Made by a program: the position numbers and the translations under genes. A DNA stretch of 64,000 nt from Marsupella aquatica (lineage: Eukaryota > Plantae > Marchantiophyta): contig OZ316896.1 in assembly GCA_973895155.1 (NCBI GenBank), forward strand, positions 11,732,830-11,796,829, read 5' to 3'. The notes below the pieces were generated by a model, which saw only the letters and a list, made by a program, of their open reading frames with translations, was not told the DNA's origin and ran no database searches. Position 1 is the stretch's first letter. Each line of letters begins with the position of its first letter. Shown here piece after piece: positions 1 to 12,725 of this stretch.

Positions 1-29
1 CACTACTACATATCGGCCCCTTTTGCGAA
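1..29 (+). repeat. Left terminal inverted repeat of CACTA element
   Basis: cactactacatatcggccccttttgcgaa; near-identical to the reverse complement of 37634-37663. Confidence 0.95.
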
Positions 30-430
30 GGTGTTTTTTGAAGTCGAAAAGGCCTTGCGATGTTAGAACCTTCAGATATTTTGTGATGCAACACGCATCA
101 CAATATCCCATGCTCTTACCATCGCACATTCACGTTGTGAAGCTACATACATCGCAATTAAGTTTTGATGTTATTGACTTCGCAACACGTTTAGATACTA
201 GTTGTCTCGCAACGACTTTGTGAGTCCGCGACCATCGCGACCGTATTTGGATACATTTTGGTTCATAATTTAGTGAGACTAATACTATCACAAATGGTTT
301 GTGAACCTATTATGTTCGGAAAGTGTTGTGAAGAACGGTGGGTTGCAAAGTACCGAAGCCAATTTGGTCGCAAGTTTGAGAACGTATTTGTATCACAAGT
401 ACCGATGGAATTGGATTCACAAGAGGTTCA
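30..430. repeat. Left subterminal repeat region (TCGCA/TGCGA-like motifs)
   Basis: Many short tcgca/tgcga/tcaca motifs in both orientations, mirrored at 37070-37633; typical CACTA subterminal organisation. Confidence 0.65.
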
Positions 431-754
431 GAAATTCCTTCCTGTCTGGTTCAAAAAATGTTTCACAAAGAGAGTTGTTTGCAAAGTTTTCAGAATGGAA
501 ATTTTTGAGAGAAAACTTTAGAAGATGGAGAATGCATGTGTTTAGGTTATAAGCTAGGGATTTAAAAAAGGTGGCATGCATGAGGAGAACTTTTCTAGTG
601 GCTAGGGTTGCATGTATAGCAGTAAAATGAAATTTCAAAGTCCAAGTGTTTGTAAGACAAAAGAAGAAAATAAATAGGTAAATATAAATAAAACCATGAT
701 AGTTAATATAATCACAATTATACGCTCACAACAAGTTTTACTACTAGTGATGCA

Positions 755-1788
755 TCAAACTTGGTCCTCATCCTCTCCTCCGTTTGACACAATAATAACT
801 TCAGGTTTTTCTGAGATAATGGAACGAGATCGTGGCACATACGGTATAACAACTGACCACTCCTCTGGGTCTGGTGGGTAGGGAATATAGAAACACTGCT
901 CAAGGTGACTTGGGAATGTAAACGGTTCAGATGTTTGCCAATGAGATGGTTGAAAGCTAGTTGCTGATGTCTTCAGTCGAGTAAACCCACAATCATCAAG
1001 AAGTACTGTGCGATTCTCACCAACCAAGTGAATTTTGAACCACTTACACTTGAAGACATACTCTTCAAATTTTGTATCCGCATCATAGGATACAATCAAG
1101 ATCTCCTCTATCTTCCCATAGTGAGGCACCACATCTCGGATGACATTGGTGTCATGGCGGCTACTTTGTGAATCCTGCATGAACTGCCCTTGAACTCCAC
1201 AGTCAAAAGTTCTACCCCTCTTCTCATCAAGGTCAGAAATCCTGAAATGTCTCCCTTGTGTCCATATTGCTGTTATGGTCTGAACAAGTCTCAAAGGGCC
1301 ATGAACAATTGTTCGAACCTCAAGAGTCATATCTGGAAAATGTGATACACTCTCACCTTGGGCCACCATAGCATCCAACTGAAGTACTTTCTCCCTCATA
1401 TACTCAAGGAACTTTGGAAAATTCCTTGGACGACGACTCTCCCTCTTTGCATCCTCATAAAACTCTCTCCATTCTTCCATCACAGTACTATTACTCAACA
1501 TGAAAGTAGTCATATGTGTCAACTCCACTCCGGTCAGTAAGCGTGTTTTTTTGGCTCCTGTTAAACGATCCTCCTCCATTTCTCTCTCTTCCATCCAACT
1601 GCGTGGACAACTAGGATCAATGGTAGCTAAGATGTTGCTGCAATAGAACATACTCTCAGCTGCCAAGTATCCTGTTGCCATGCTCCCCTCCACTCGTGCA
1701 CGATTCCGTACATAAGCCTTTAACACAGCCATATACCTTTTCAACCAATACATCCAACAACAATGCACTGGACCAGCAATGGCAACCT
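755..1788 (-). pseudogene. CACTA transposase C-terminal part (DUF4218/DUF4216-like region)
   Basis: Motifs GPVHCCWMYWLKRYMAVLKAYVRNRARVEGSM, YGKIEEI, FKCKWF, DDCGFT, EPF...QCFY. Reads through from HLVREV at 5798 once the 1789-5797 insert is removed. Confidence 0.93.
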
Positions 1789-4700
1789 TGTCACGTCGTA
1801 GGCTTCGGCCTTAACTCAGACTTCAGCTTAGACGGGCACATCCCTCGTAAATCTGAGGGTTCGGGCAGGAAGGGAAGCACGTAATGCACCTTATTCTCAT
1901 AAACTAGCGCTAAGTGCGCCTACTGCTAAATACGGATACCTCCTAGGTATGGTTTGTGTTCCGCCGCCGGAACGTACCTTAGTCGATAGCAGGATCGACC
2001 CCAGCTTAAGGGCTTCTAAGCCTTCGTGCTGTCCGCCTTCGATCCGGATTCGATGATACAGGTCCCCAACCCGTGCTCGCAACCACTTACCCGCAGGCTG
2101 CACCCTGTGCACGTCTCGGGTAGTGCATTCGGCCTGGCGCTGCCACCCATATACGAGAAACCCACACAGATATGCGCACACATGCATACAATCTCTATTT
2201 ACACGGAGGAAAATGATGGGAAAGGATTTTACTACAAAGGGGATATATGCGTACACTTAGTTGACCCGACAGCCCTGGAATGAATAGGTTCAAGGCCGAG
2301 GGTGCACACTACAACGGAGCGCGGCTCCGCACTCGCCCGACGAGCTTAGTCCTACCCCCTCCCCTTGGTACTCTTTCATTCCCAGAGGTCGGGACTCCCC
2401 GCATATCCCCCGGATGTCCGACTCTGAAACTAAAAACCCCCCCTGCCTCTACCGAGGGGTGCACTAAATACTAAGAGCCGAGGGACGGGGTGTCCTCTCG
2501 CCGAAGATTCGCTGACTAAGGTCCTAACTAAGCTGACAGTCAGGCCGGAAAACGGCTGTGTCTTATTAGAAAATCCTAATCTACGCAGGCTGGACAGCAG
2601 GGCAGTGCTGCTGTACCTAAGGCAGATGCCTGTCCCAAGAGCCTGATTAAGCCAATCCTAATCCTAATCTATTCCTACTCCGCCGCTAATGCCTGGCACG
2701 CTTGCCAGAGCCGCCCGAATGGGAACGGCCATCCCGCTGCCTTCGAAGCCTGTCATTGTCCGCTTTGAGGAGCTGGACCTGGTCCAGCAGAGATTCGTTC
2801 TCTTGCCTCGCCGCGTCCGTCTCCTCTGCTGCCTCCTGACATGCCTCCTCCAGCTGCTGGGCGTCGCTCGTCAGTTTAGCCGCCAGCTGATCCTGCTTCT
2901 CGGCCTCAGTTTGGAGCCGCGCTATCTCGGCTTGCAGCGTGGCTATCTCCGCCGTGTCCCGCTGGGCTCGCTCCTCGGCCCCCTCCAGTCTTTCTGCCAG
3001 GTGACAGCTTGTGTCTTCAAACTATCAATCTGGTTCCGGAGTCGTGTAATCTCGGCCTCGTTCCCAGCTTTGGCCTGTTCGGCCAGGGCGGTAAGAGCGT
3101 ACGCCTTTGCTAACAACTCATCGGCGGCTGCAACCTTGGGTCGTAGTTGCAGAAGCTCAGCCTCTTGAGCCGCCACTTCGTTCTTTAGGTACACGGACTC
3201 CACCCGGTACCGCTCTATCCTCTAAAGGGCCTCCGACTGGGCCCGACCTGCCTTTACGGCGGCAACCAACTCCTGATTGAAGAAACAGGCTACTTTCCGG
3301 GCCATGAACTCCCCGGTATCCCGGGCAATTTGATGAGAGAAATCTCCCAGAAGCCCGTTCAGGAACGTACCCTGTACGAAGAGTTCCGGGTGGTCCAAGT
3401 TGTGCCTGTCCGGATTTGGGCACGGGCAGATGTCAACACGCGCAGGGGCCGGGGCAGTGACGTCCAGCCCGGGGGACATAACGTTGGAAGGGGCTAGAGT
3501 ATCCTCCTGCAGCGATGTCCGGTTCTCCATAATTGCCACCGGCGGGTCCTTGGGAGACCCGGGTTCGGGTAAGACCTCTGCCGTACCAACTTCTGTACTT
3601 AGCTCGGCTAGTTGGGTCGCATCAACGGTTGCGACGACCGACCCCTCCGGCGCCTCCTCGGTTACGGTTACAGCTATTTGTGGAGGTGGGGTGGGTGAAG
3701 CTGGCGTGTCCACTGGACTTTGGGCCTCGGGTTGGGGCCGTCTCTCCAATGCCGGAAAAACCCACCTAGCTGGGACCAGCTTTGTAACGTTGATGCGGGG
3801 AAGGGTTCGTCGATCAAACCGGGCGTACCACTCAAGAATGATTTCGATGTGGCTAGCGAAATACGCCTTCCCGCCAATGTACAGCGTCTTCCTTCGCCGC
3901 TCCATCTCTTCATGGAATTTCTTAGCGAAGTACGACGCCCATTTCCTAGGTCGATAGTTCTCGACCTGGATAACCTGGGCGGCGGAGATCTCCCCCCGGG
4001 GTTCCATCATGTGGAGAGCGTACCTTTGGAACTCCAGCCGCTCAGCTATCTCGGGCATGAGGCAGGTCCTCATCACGAACCCGTTGTCTACTGCTCCCTC
4101 TAAGGGAAAACTTGAAGATTGGTACTTGGCCCCCTTGCCCCCGGGAGCCCGTGATTTGACTCGATGGTCACCTTCGGGTAACCCAAAGATCATCTTGAGC
4201 CGTTCTTCTGTGAGGGACATATTCCTTCCCCGCAGCCGAGTCTGTTGACGTACGTCGTCATAATTCTTGACGAATTCTGTCATGTCCTCCCTGTAGTACC
4301 TGCAAGTGTTCCAGGGGAGAGAGGCGAGGTGCTCAAATCCCTGAGTCTTCAGGTACACCGCATGCTTGGGATGGAGGATGTTGCTATGAACGTTTTCCCC
4401 CATGCGGTGCATCGTCACCTTGGCTACGGCTACCGTGGCCAACGGTAACCCGGATGCAGTGGCGGATTCCTTCCTCTTCTTTCCCCGTGACTGACTCGGG
4501 GAAGGTGATACTTCCCCATCCTCCCGATCGGGCCTGGGGAGTGCCACTGCCGTTGGTAACGGGCCCGGGGCGGCCACGGTCACCATGTTGTCTGCTGGGG
4601 CCGCTCCTGGGGTCAGAGCAGGGGGTGGGGACGATATAGTGTCGGCCCCCCGAGCGCTTGTTCCTCTGGGCCGCCTGGTCAAGGGTGGGGTAGCCTCATC

Positions 4701-5797
4701 GTCATCGCTAAGATCCACAGCGTTGATGACGGAGCGTACCTGTGCTGGCTGGGTGATAGGTGGTGGGGTTTGGCTAGGCTGCGGCTGAGGCTGAAGCTGA
4801 AGCTGAGCCTGAGGTTGAGGCTGGGGTTGCATGGGCACGGGTACGGGTACGGGCACGGCTGAGTTGGTCATGTTGGTCGATGGCCGAGTTCCCATGAAGC
4901 TCTGCAGGTGCTGGTAGAAGTTCTCCGAAGCGAGTGCGGACGCCCTTGTCAAACGGTTGGTACTGGACTCGCCGTTAATGACAGCCCGAACCTGGGCAGG
5001 GATGTGGTCGAAGTGATGTCGCTGCAGGTCGATTGTACCCGGGATGTTGAAGACCTCGTTCGGAAGCCGAAGCAATGCTTCCCAGAACCCGATATATTTG
5101 TCTCCGTTGAAGAAGTACCCAGATACCTCTGCTGGTCGGTAAAGCTCGCTCTGAGATGGGTAGTCAAAGTTAAGGATGTAGTGGTGTCGTCCTGCTAGGC
5201 GGATGGCTCTCTCGTATTCGCGTTCGATTTCGTATCGGCGCGGGTTGGCGTGTTTCAATGAATCGGCCAAGTGCCTTCCGGTAGATAGGAACTGCGTCCA
5301 GAATCGAATGGCCGAGCTGGAGAGGATCATGTGCGACATTCAGAGGAGATAGTAGTGGCGACCTAGAGAGAACGAGAGAGCTGGGGTCAAAGCTGGCGCG
5401 CGGACTGGTGCACTACAAAGGGTTGGCTCCCCTTTTATACTTTGAGGGCTTGTCGATCCCCGACGTCTCCTCGACGCCCATAGGCTGAACCGCTCACGCT
5501 TGTGGTGTACCGGCCACTCCGCCGGTTTGAGTCAGCGTGCGTCAGTGGCCGCTTCCTTAAGTTCGTTATACGGACCCGAGGGAGGGGCCCTTCCACGCTC
5601 GTAACCCGGGTGTGCGAATAGCGACCCGCCGCCAGCCCGAACCTGAAGTCCCCCTTATTGCCTAATGATGTCCTACCCCTAATGATTACCTAAATACTGT
5701 CGTTATGCTAATAATAGCGGCCTAAGACCCACCTAACGCGCGTGCCGAGCGCAGTTAGACTGAATCACTCATTAACCGCCGTACCGGCGGCGTCACA
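1789..5797 (-). mobile_element. 4.0-kb solo-LTR-like insertion containing a long ORF
   Basis: Starts TGTCACG and ends CGTCACA. 5-bp TSD AACCT at 1784-1788 and 5798-5802. Removal restores the transposase frame. No internal direct terminal repeats or gag/pol seen. Confidence 0.88.
2686..5339 (-). pseudogene. Retroelement accessory protein (plant mobile domain/Transposase_32-like core, Pro/Gln-rich linkers, C-terminal coiled coil), disrupted
   Basis: 705-aa ORF with GFEHLASLPW...EFVKNYD...RLRGRNMSLTEERLKMIFGLPEG. After an in-frame TAG at 3222 it continues into ORF 2943-3203, then frameshifts into a coiled coil ending ~2686. A TATA-like GTATAAAAG lies at ~5432-5440 (-). Confidence 0.7.
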
Positions 5798-7218
5798 AAC
5801 CTCCCTCACAAGATGAACAAGTAAATGTACTTGACAATCAAAGAAGGAAGGAGGGAGGGCCTTCTCTAACTTGCACACTACCTCTGCTGCCAATACCTCC
5901 ATCCGTGGGATCTCTTCTTCATATATTTCCTTTGAGCATATCCATCTCAACAAAGTGCCCAATGACCATAGGGCGTCTTGCATTTCTTCACTGCCCAAGC
6001 CTATGATTGCCACAGGAAGTATATGTTGTAGTAAACGATGATAGTCATGTGTCTTCAAATACATTGGCCACTTATGACTGTCCTCCATCCCAAAAGCTTT
6101 CCGAAGATTGGCACCATAGCCTGTAGGAAACCGCATCTGACCTATGCATTGTCGAAACTCTCTTCTTTCACCAACACTCAAAACCCAAGGAGCTGAAGGA
6201 CGGTGTTCCATCCCTGTTGATGCATCAACTGTTATCCATACATCTGGATGTCGTTCTAGATCCTGGCATGCCTCCCTAAAATTATGGTCCTTTTCTCCAT
6301 AAAAATGCTTGATCAAAGCCTTCCCAACGTTTCCCTCTATATGCATGGGGTCTAACAAATGATGAATCTTCAACTCTGGCCAATACGGCAATGTGGCTAG
6401 TATACTCCACCTCGTCAACCCACTTCCATCAAATGTCATGGGGTCGTTAGGGTCTGCCACCCTATCAGCTATGGATTTCCAATGTGCAAAGGATGTACAC
6501 TCAGGTATGTCACGCTCATCACCATTGATCATGTCAAAGTCTGAAAATAGAAGGGGGTCAGACCTCATCTCATGTCCAAGTGGAAGAAACTTGGTATGCC
6601 CAAGGTAGATTATCTTGCGAAGCCATCTTGAGTACTTGGCCATATCTTCAAGGCTTGGACCACAAGTGGAGCATGCCTTATACCCTTGAGTTTGTAACCC
6701 TGAAACAAACCCAAACCCTGCAACAAACCCAAACCAAAATAACTTTCTCAATTAGAGTCAAAGGATTTAAAAAGTTCATGTACATACATAAATATGAGGG
6801 ACTTCTTTTAAAACAAACTCGCTATTACATAAAAAAAACACCAATCCATACCCCTTACCAGGATAGTCATGCATGGTCCACATATTGATTCCCTTCAATT
6901 TGAAGACACGTGGTAATCCCCCTGTAGTTTTTCGACCATCATAGGCCCACACACCGTCCCATAATTTTTGGAGTTCCCCAACCAATAGTGCCAAATAGGT
7001 GTCCATGTTTTTTACCTTAGATGGACCTGGGATAATCAATGATAGCAATAAGAAGCCCTTTTTCATGGACAACCATGGTGGAAGATTGTAATTCATAACA
7101 ACCACCGGTCAAACTGATGTTGGGCGTCCTTTCCCATGAAGGGAGTGTGGGCTGACCCCATCCAATGCCAACCCCAACCTCACATGACGAGGGTCATGTG
7201 CAAACTCTGGCCATTGTG
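5798..7218 (-). pseudogene. CACTA transposase central part (Transposase_21 core), intron ~6719-6858
   Basis: WPEFAHDPRHVRLGLALDG, YNLPPW, IIPGP, TMHDYP|GFGFVSG...GYKAC, LDPMHIEGNV, LKTHDYH, PPSFFDCQVHLLVHL; one in-frame stop near 7110. Confidence 0.93.
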
Positions 7219-9844
7219 CCCTGGGCCCTCAGTATTAGTAATACAGGGAGTATGTGCGAACGTCGCAAGGGTATTTTTAATTGAATGGAAAGTAATTTTT
7301 ATAATATTTTTTGAAGTAGTCAAGGTCCCAATATATATGTGTTGCACATTTTAAGAAATAAGCCTTTTATTAAACATATGCCACATTTTGTTATGCAAGG
7401 GTACTCAAAATTGGAATGACAAGTGTCACTATATGGTTGGTCCACGTGTCAACACCTCATTGGTACACAAGTACAAATAGTAAAATGGTTAATAAATTCA
7501 ATGTTATTCACTATCCCAGATATCCTTGATTAAAATTTAATTTGAAGGGAGTTTCTAGTTCCATAACACACCCATAACATGTTTTGAATGGATTTGGGGG
7601 AAGGCTAGGGGCAGGGGGAGGGCAATTAAAAGTCATCCACATGCTGGACCAGGGACCTCTAGGGAGAGTTTGGTTCCCGGCTTGGTTAAGGCCCTGGTTG
7701 AGGTTCAGGATTTTAGGGTCGGCAAGGTGTGAACCCCGGATTGATCCCATTTAGAAGGTCAAGACTTTTTCTCTCTCAAATCAGGCAGGTGTGCGTAGTA
7801 GGCAGGTTGGTCTTGCTAGGGCTCATTCATTGGATCACCCTTGCGCTTCCTCACCTTGGTCATGCTAGTTACACTGTCCCGCTTGCGGTGCCCGTTGCAG
7901 TGTTGACCGTGTTGATTTAAGAGCCACCATAACTGTCATTCCTCATTACTGTGCATTCCTTTTTGCACTCAAACTTTGATGCGGGCTGTGGTGTAGTAGT
8001 GACTACAAGATCGATGAAGTATGCCACTCAGCTGAACTGATCAAACTCAGAGGAATCAATAACTAAGTGAAGGAATGGATACACTAATAGAAAGTCTTGC
8101 TTTGTATGTTTGCCCCCCACTGCTTTTTTTTATTATAGGGGTACCGCCAAACTAACCAGCTTTGGGGGATTTTTCTTAAGATTTTAAAATGTTTTTGATA
8201 ATGTTGTATATATTATATATAAATTATAGTGTCCTTTGTCCATGGCTTTGCCTCTTAAACATACTCCACCTTTTTAATTTAACCTTGTACTGACCCTCGA
8301 CTTCCCCAAAATTGCACTAGAACTTAGCTAAAACCTAAATTTAGCCTATGAGAATTTGACAAAGATGCTAAGATCTCGGCTAAGATTGCAAAGTAGCTTA
8401 AACTACACCAATTGCCTTTTACACCACCCTTGGCCCACGCTGTCAAATGTGGAAAGCAGAAATACCTGGTAGTCCAACAATATCAACCAGGTGAATAGTA
8501 GTTTGCATGGAGATCAAGAAGATTTGGATCTCAAGCTTACATGGAAACTTGCAAGCAACATTAATGGTCCAACAAGAGCGAGAATGAGAGAGCACCGCGA
8601 TGTAAACATCCAGACTCTTAAAATGTTAACTTTTAGGTCTATTTACTGCTGGTACCATAGGTCACTCTGAGGACTTGAATGTGACCCATATATGGACAAC
8701 ATAAACAGTGCTCCAGTCCCTATTGGAATATAGAAAATGACAAGTAAATCTGTCAAAAAAGCAGCATCATTGTGAGTACAGTGAAAAGAGCACAATGAAC
8801 AAATAGAAAGTGCCCGTATGAATGATGTGAATGAATACAGTGAAAAGAGGGCCAATCTTGACAATCATAATAAACCAAAAAGTGCCAGTCTAAGAGATAC
8901 TAGTCAATGTCAGAGCCTAGCCTGGACACCTATAGCTAGGGCATCTTTGAATTAAACAATTAGGAAATACAACCTAACAGATTTGAATCGCTATTAGACC
9001 TTGATTCTTGTGTGAAATTTGTCCTCACTAGCAAGTGTCTTGTAGGTCTGGTTGCAACACTGAGGTAAGTCATGAGCCCTACCATAAAACAACAAACTGA
9101 AAAAGTCAGCAACAGTCCTGATCCAAGAATGTGAGTCCAACTCCAACTACATTTGAACATGATAGACATGCTTTTCATCTACTTCGACGCTGTCCAGCGA
9201 TGAGCTTGTCTTATTTATCTGACCTTTTAAACTTGAAGTAATTCATCCCACAAGGACCTGGAAGCCGAATAGTGAGCTCACACAAAATCCACCTAGCGGG
9301 CACCTGCGCACAAGCCATACCAGAACAAAATCCTCAGCACCTGCTAAATTTCTTTCTGTCGGCATAGCTGCCACATCAGTTGCTATTTCAATCATTCTAG
9401 ATCGTTGTCACATCAATCACTATTTTAATCATTCTAGATCCTTGTCGTCAAATTGCATATTGTCCAAAGTATCAATCAGAAATTGGACAACCGGATTTGT
9501 GCTTATGCAATTTAACAAACAAGCAATGCCTTACTAATGTGCCCTTTTCCATTCTGTTTTCAAGAACGGCCACAAATCCCTTATGATCTAGAATTGTGTA
9601 CTGCTATCAGGACTGCTATACTGCACTCATCAAGTGACGTCTGAGCACGGTAGACTGAGAGGAAATAACAGGAATATTGTAGCCTAAAATAGGAAGACGT
9701 AAGTGAAGATATGTACTAGCTTACAAAGTAGGGAATATGGGCTAAAGATATACTTATCCATAGAGGAATGTATATCCTTGATTTCGATCACCCTTTGTCA
9801 TCCATCTCAGGAGAAACTCTCTGCATGAGGTCTCTTAAGGACCA

Positions 9845-10440
9845 AAATTATTCTCATCCAGCTGCAATATAATGAAGTGCAGCACTTGTTAGACTCTGAA
9901 ATTTTACAGTAGTAGGCCCAAATTCCAGAACTAATTATGCTGGTAAAGCTAGCACGACACTAAGTTGGAAGCTCTGACGTAGTATGGTAGTCCAATGCTT
10001 ACACAAGGAGTGGATAAAACAATATACCTACACAAGGAGTCCACCATCACGAAGACTCTGAAGTTTGGCTTCAACCTCTGATCCATTGAGATGCAGGCGG
10101 TAGGTTCCAGGGCCCCCTTTTGTCAAGTCAATCTGTCCCATCGTAATCAATCCTCAATAACTCTGGTATATGTTGCACTCTAACAAGTCTTTATCAATTT
10201 AAATGTGAAACGGAAGAGACGGTGTCATTACCGTGTACTAACACACAACACTAACAAGGCAACTCTCAATCGTCGCGCCTTTGTAATGTAAGGCGTAAAA
10301 TACCTTCCAGAAACAGGATCAACATCAAGTTATATGCTATGTAAATCGGGCATAGATGTACGTACTTGTGGACAAACATGTCCCTTCACAAGGTAGCCAA
10401 TGTAATCCAACACTCCGACTGCAGTGAGGTGGTTGCCTCT
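9845..10440 (-). pseudogene. ACC1: Captured exons of homomeric acetyl-CoA carboxylase (region preceding the biotin carrier domain)
   Basis: Exon-like pieces bounded by AG/GT translate to ...VLDYIGYLVKGH... and IDLTKGGPGTYRLHLNGSEVEAKLQSLRDGGLLV*|LD. This resembles plant ACCase as I recall it (SDYVGYLEKGQ...GGSGTYRLRMNKSEVVAEIHTLRDGGLLMQLDG). Stops present. Confidence 0.75.
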
Positions 10441-11836
10441 CTGAAAAACACACACATCCCTTCAGCACGTTCTCCTCATTGATAAGTAGAGGGAAATTCA
10501 AGAAAATTCATCGAAGGCTTAGAATTAAATTGCTTAGTTTGAAGGCTTTGCTGTTCACACTTCTTTGCATTCAAGCAGCTTTGTGTGCCAAATGCAAAGA
10601 TTTCCTTACAAAAAGGGATCCTCCAATTGCCAATAGATGCCAAGATGGTCTCTCAACTCAGACACGACTAGCAATTCAAGGATCAAGCCATCTGGTGCGT
10701 GTTGTCATTCAGGCAAATAGGAATACAAAATAAGCAACAAGAATACACATTAACGTCAAATTTACAATGAGCACTAATAGCTCAATATCATTCTGAATTT
10801 GTGTACAAAATACCGGTAACTTACATGCATGGAGCAGATTCACCGATAAAGAGGCGGCAGTAGTTGACAACCGGAATGGATAGTGTGTTAAAAAACCATA
10901 GTGTCTGCTTAGAATAAAAACACAAACAAAGGTCAGAAGCAAATCGTGACCCATCAATGAGGCAACAGTCCCAGACTATTGCAGCTCAAGCAATTATATA
11001 CTAGTGGATAGATAGATAGCTAGATCATTCACAGAGGCTATGATATCCGGACCAGAAGTCGTCACTATTTCCACGTACCTCTTTTTCTCATTGCAAATGA
11101 CTCACAGATTGCAAATCGGTGCAATCTGCCCAAGATTTGAATTTAAGTACCGGGAGAAATTGTTACACTACCGTGACGGTGTGTCTCTTTCTGGCCTGGG
11201 ATTTCTGGTCTACAAGGTGACAAAAATGGCGTGGACGTGAGTGCCAATTTGGTAGCCTACCTTGGTCATCGGCAATCGACGTTGTCTATGCGTGTGGTAG
11301 ACAAATTTGGCATAGACCAACGTTAACTGTGCCAATCAGTGATAGCACAATCCAATTGATATTATTTCAGAGTGGTGACTTTGTCGCAGCCATACTATGT
11401 CGTCGATCCATACAAAGACAAAAGCTAAGCTAATGCAAAGACATGGCTGGATAGCCGCTTCTCGGATAAGGAAAACCACACCTAGAACTATGCTTCTAAT
11501 CTCTTGCGTCTCCTCAATTAATAGAGTGATTTGGTCGATCAATACTGTTCATAAATGATCGTCTATTCGACACTATTTCGGACTATTGGAACTTTAGGAG
11601 AAGGAACTCAATGAGAAAACCAACCTCCTAGATTGTCTAGATCGTACAATGTCGGTGCTCCTTGGTGTTGAAACCTCTCGTACTTCCCGTGTGATGAGTG
11701 AGGCAAACAATCGAGAGAACTAGTAAAGAAAGAACATGAAGCTGCCAGGGACCATTGAATCGCCATGGGTGGGACCATAGCAGCGAGATGAGCACTTTGT
11801 GTTATACTCCTATGTTTTCACATTCTCAATGCTACG

Positions 11837-12384
11837 GTGGCTTACGATCTATACAAGGATGGAAGCCAACCCGTGGAGGCGAGGGTGCAGGATCTCTTGA
11901 AATGGATGACGTTGGCTGAAAAGATTGGGCAGATGATGCAGATCAAACGAACAATCATCATGAAAGATTCGAATGTGTACCGATATATGGTCAGTAGTGT
12001 GCTCAATGGGGGAGGAAGCACGCCCACTCCGAACAATGCCATTTTGTGGCAAGAAATGATCGACAAGTTCCAGAGGCAAGCATTGTCTACTTGGCTGGCA
12101 ATTCCCATGATCTAGGGAGTAGATGCGGTTCACGGTAATAACGTTGTAGTTGGGGCCACAATCTTTCCTCACAATATTGGCCTCACAATATTGGCCTCGG
12201 AGCCACGAGAGATTGGGACCTGGTGATGAGAATTGGCAGAGCAACGGCTCTAGAAGTCCGGGCCATTGGCATTCCTTTCGTCTTCGCCCCCTGTGTTGCG
12301 GTCTGCCGAGATCCCCATTGGGGACGCTACTACGAGAGCTAAAGCAAAAACACAGATCTGGTGCGGAACATGACTGACATCATT
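11837..12384 (+). pseudogene. Captured N-terminal fragment of a plant GH3 beta-glucosidase/beta-D-glucan exohydrolase
   Basis: [85 protein letters not shown]. Contains stops and a 14-bp duplication frameshift; no introns. Confidence 0.9.
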
Positions 12385-12725
12385 CTCTCATCGCCATAAC
12401 CTGACCGCCAATGATGATGGATCCATTAATCGATGCAAGCAACCCTCCTGCAGAAGTCACGTACAGAGTGTTCTGGTCACATGGCCCCCTCCAAAATGTG
12501 ACAAAAGTTGGCTGCGCAATCAGGGTTGAGTTCATGTCTCCGGCAATGATTTGCTGATGACTTTCGTCGGGCGAGACCCTCAGTATCAAGTTGCCACTTG
12601 CAGCATTGACCAAATACGCATTCCCATCATTGTCAAAATTGAAGTCATCAAATTGCCATGTAGCGTTGGCCAGGATGAGTCCATTTCCATTTGGTGTGCC
12701 GTCCTTATTGATCGGCTGACCGGGC
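12380..12725 (-). pseudogene. C-terminal fragment of an SMP-30/gluconolactonase-like six-bladed beta-propeller, fungal-type
   Basis: PINKDGTPNG...DDFNFDNDGNAYL...IIAGDMNSTLIAQPT...FWRG...TLYVTSAGGL...NGS...GGQV, a pattern recalled from secreted fungal propeller proteins. Confidence 0.6.

Noticed and set aside
3400-5198. Multiple antisense/overlapping ORFs on the + strand (also - strand ORFs over 28579-31981)
   Set aside because: Shadow ORFs of GC-rich coding sequence on the opposite strand; no motifs.
1-8001. Pairing the left TIR with the GTAGTAGTG at 8001 as an 8-kb CACTA
   Set aside because: Only ~10 bp match, versus ~29 bp at 37663, and the transposase continues at 26086.
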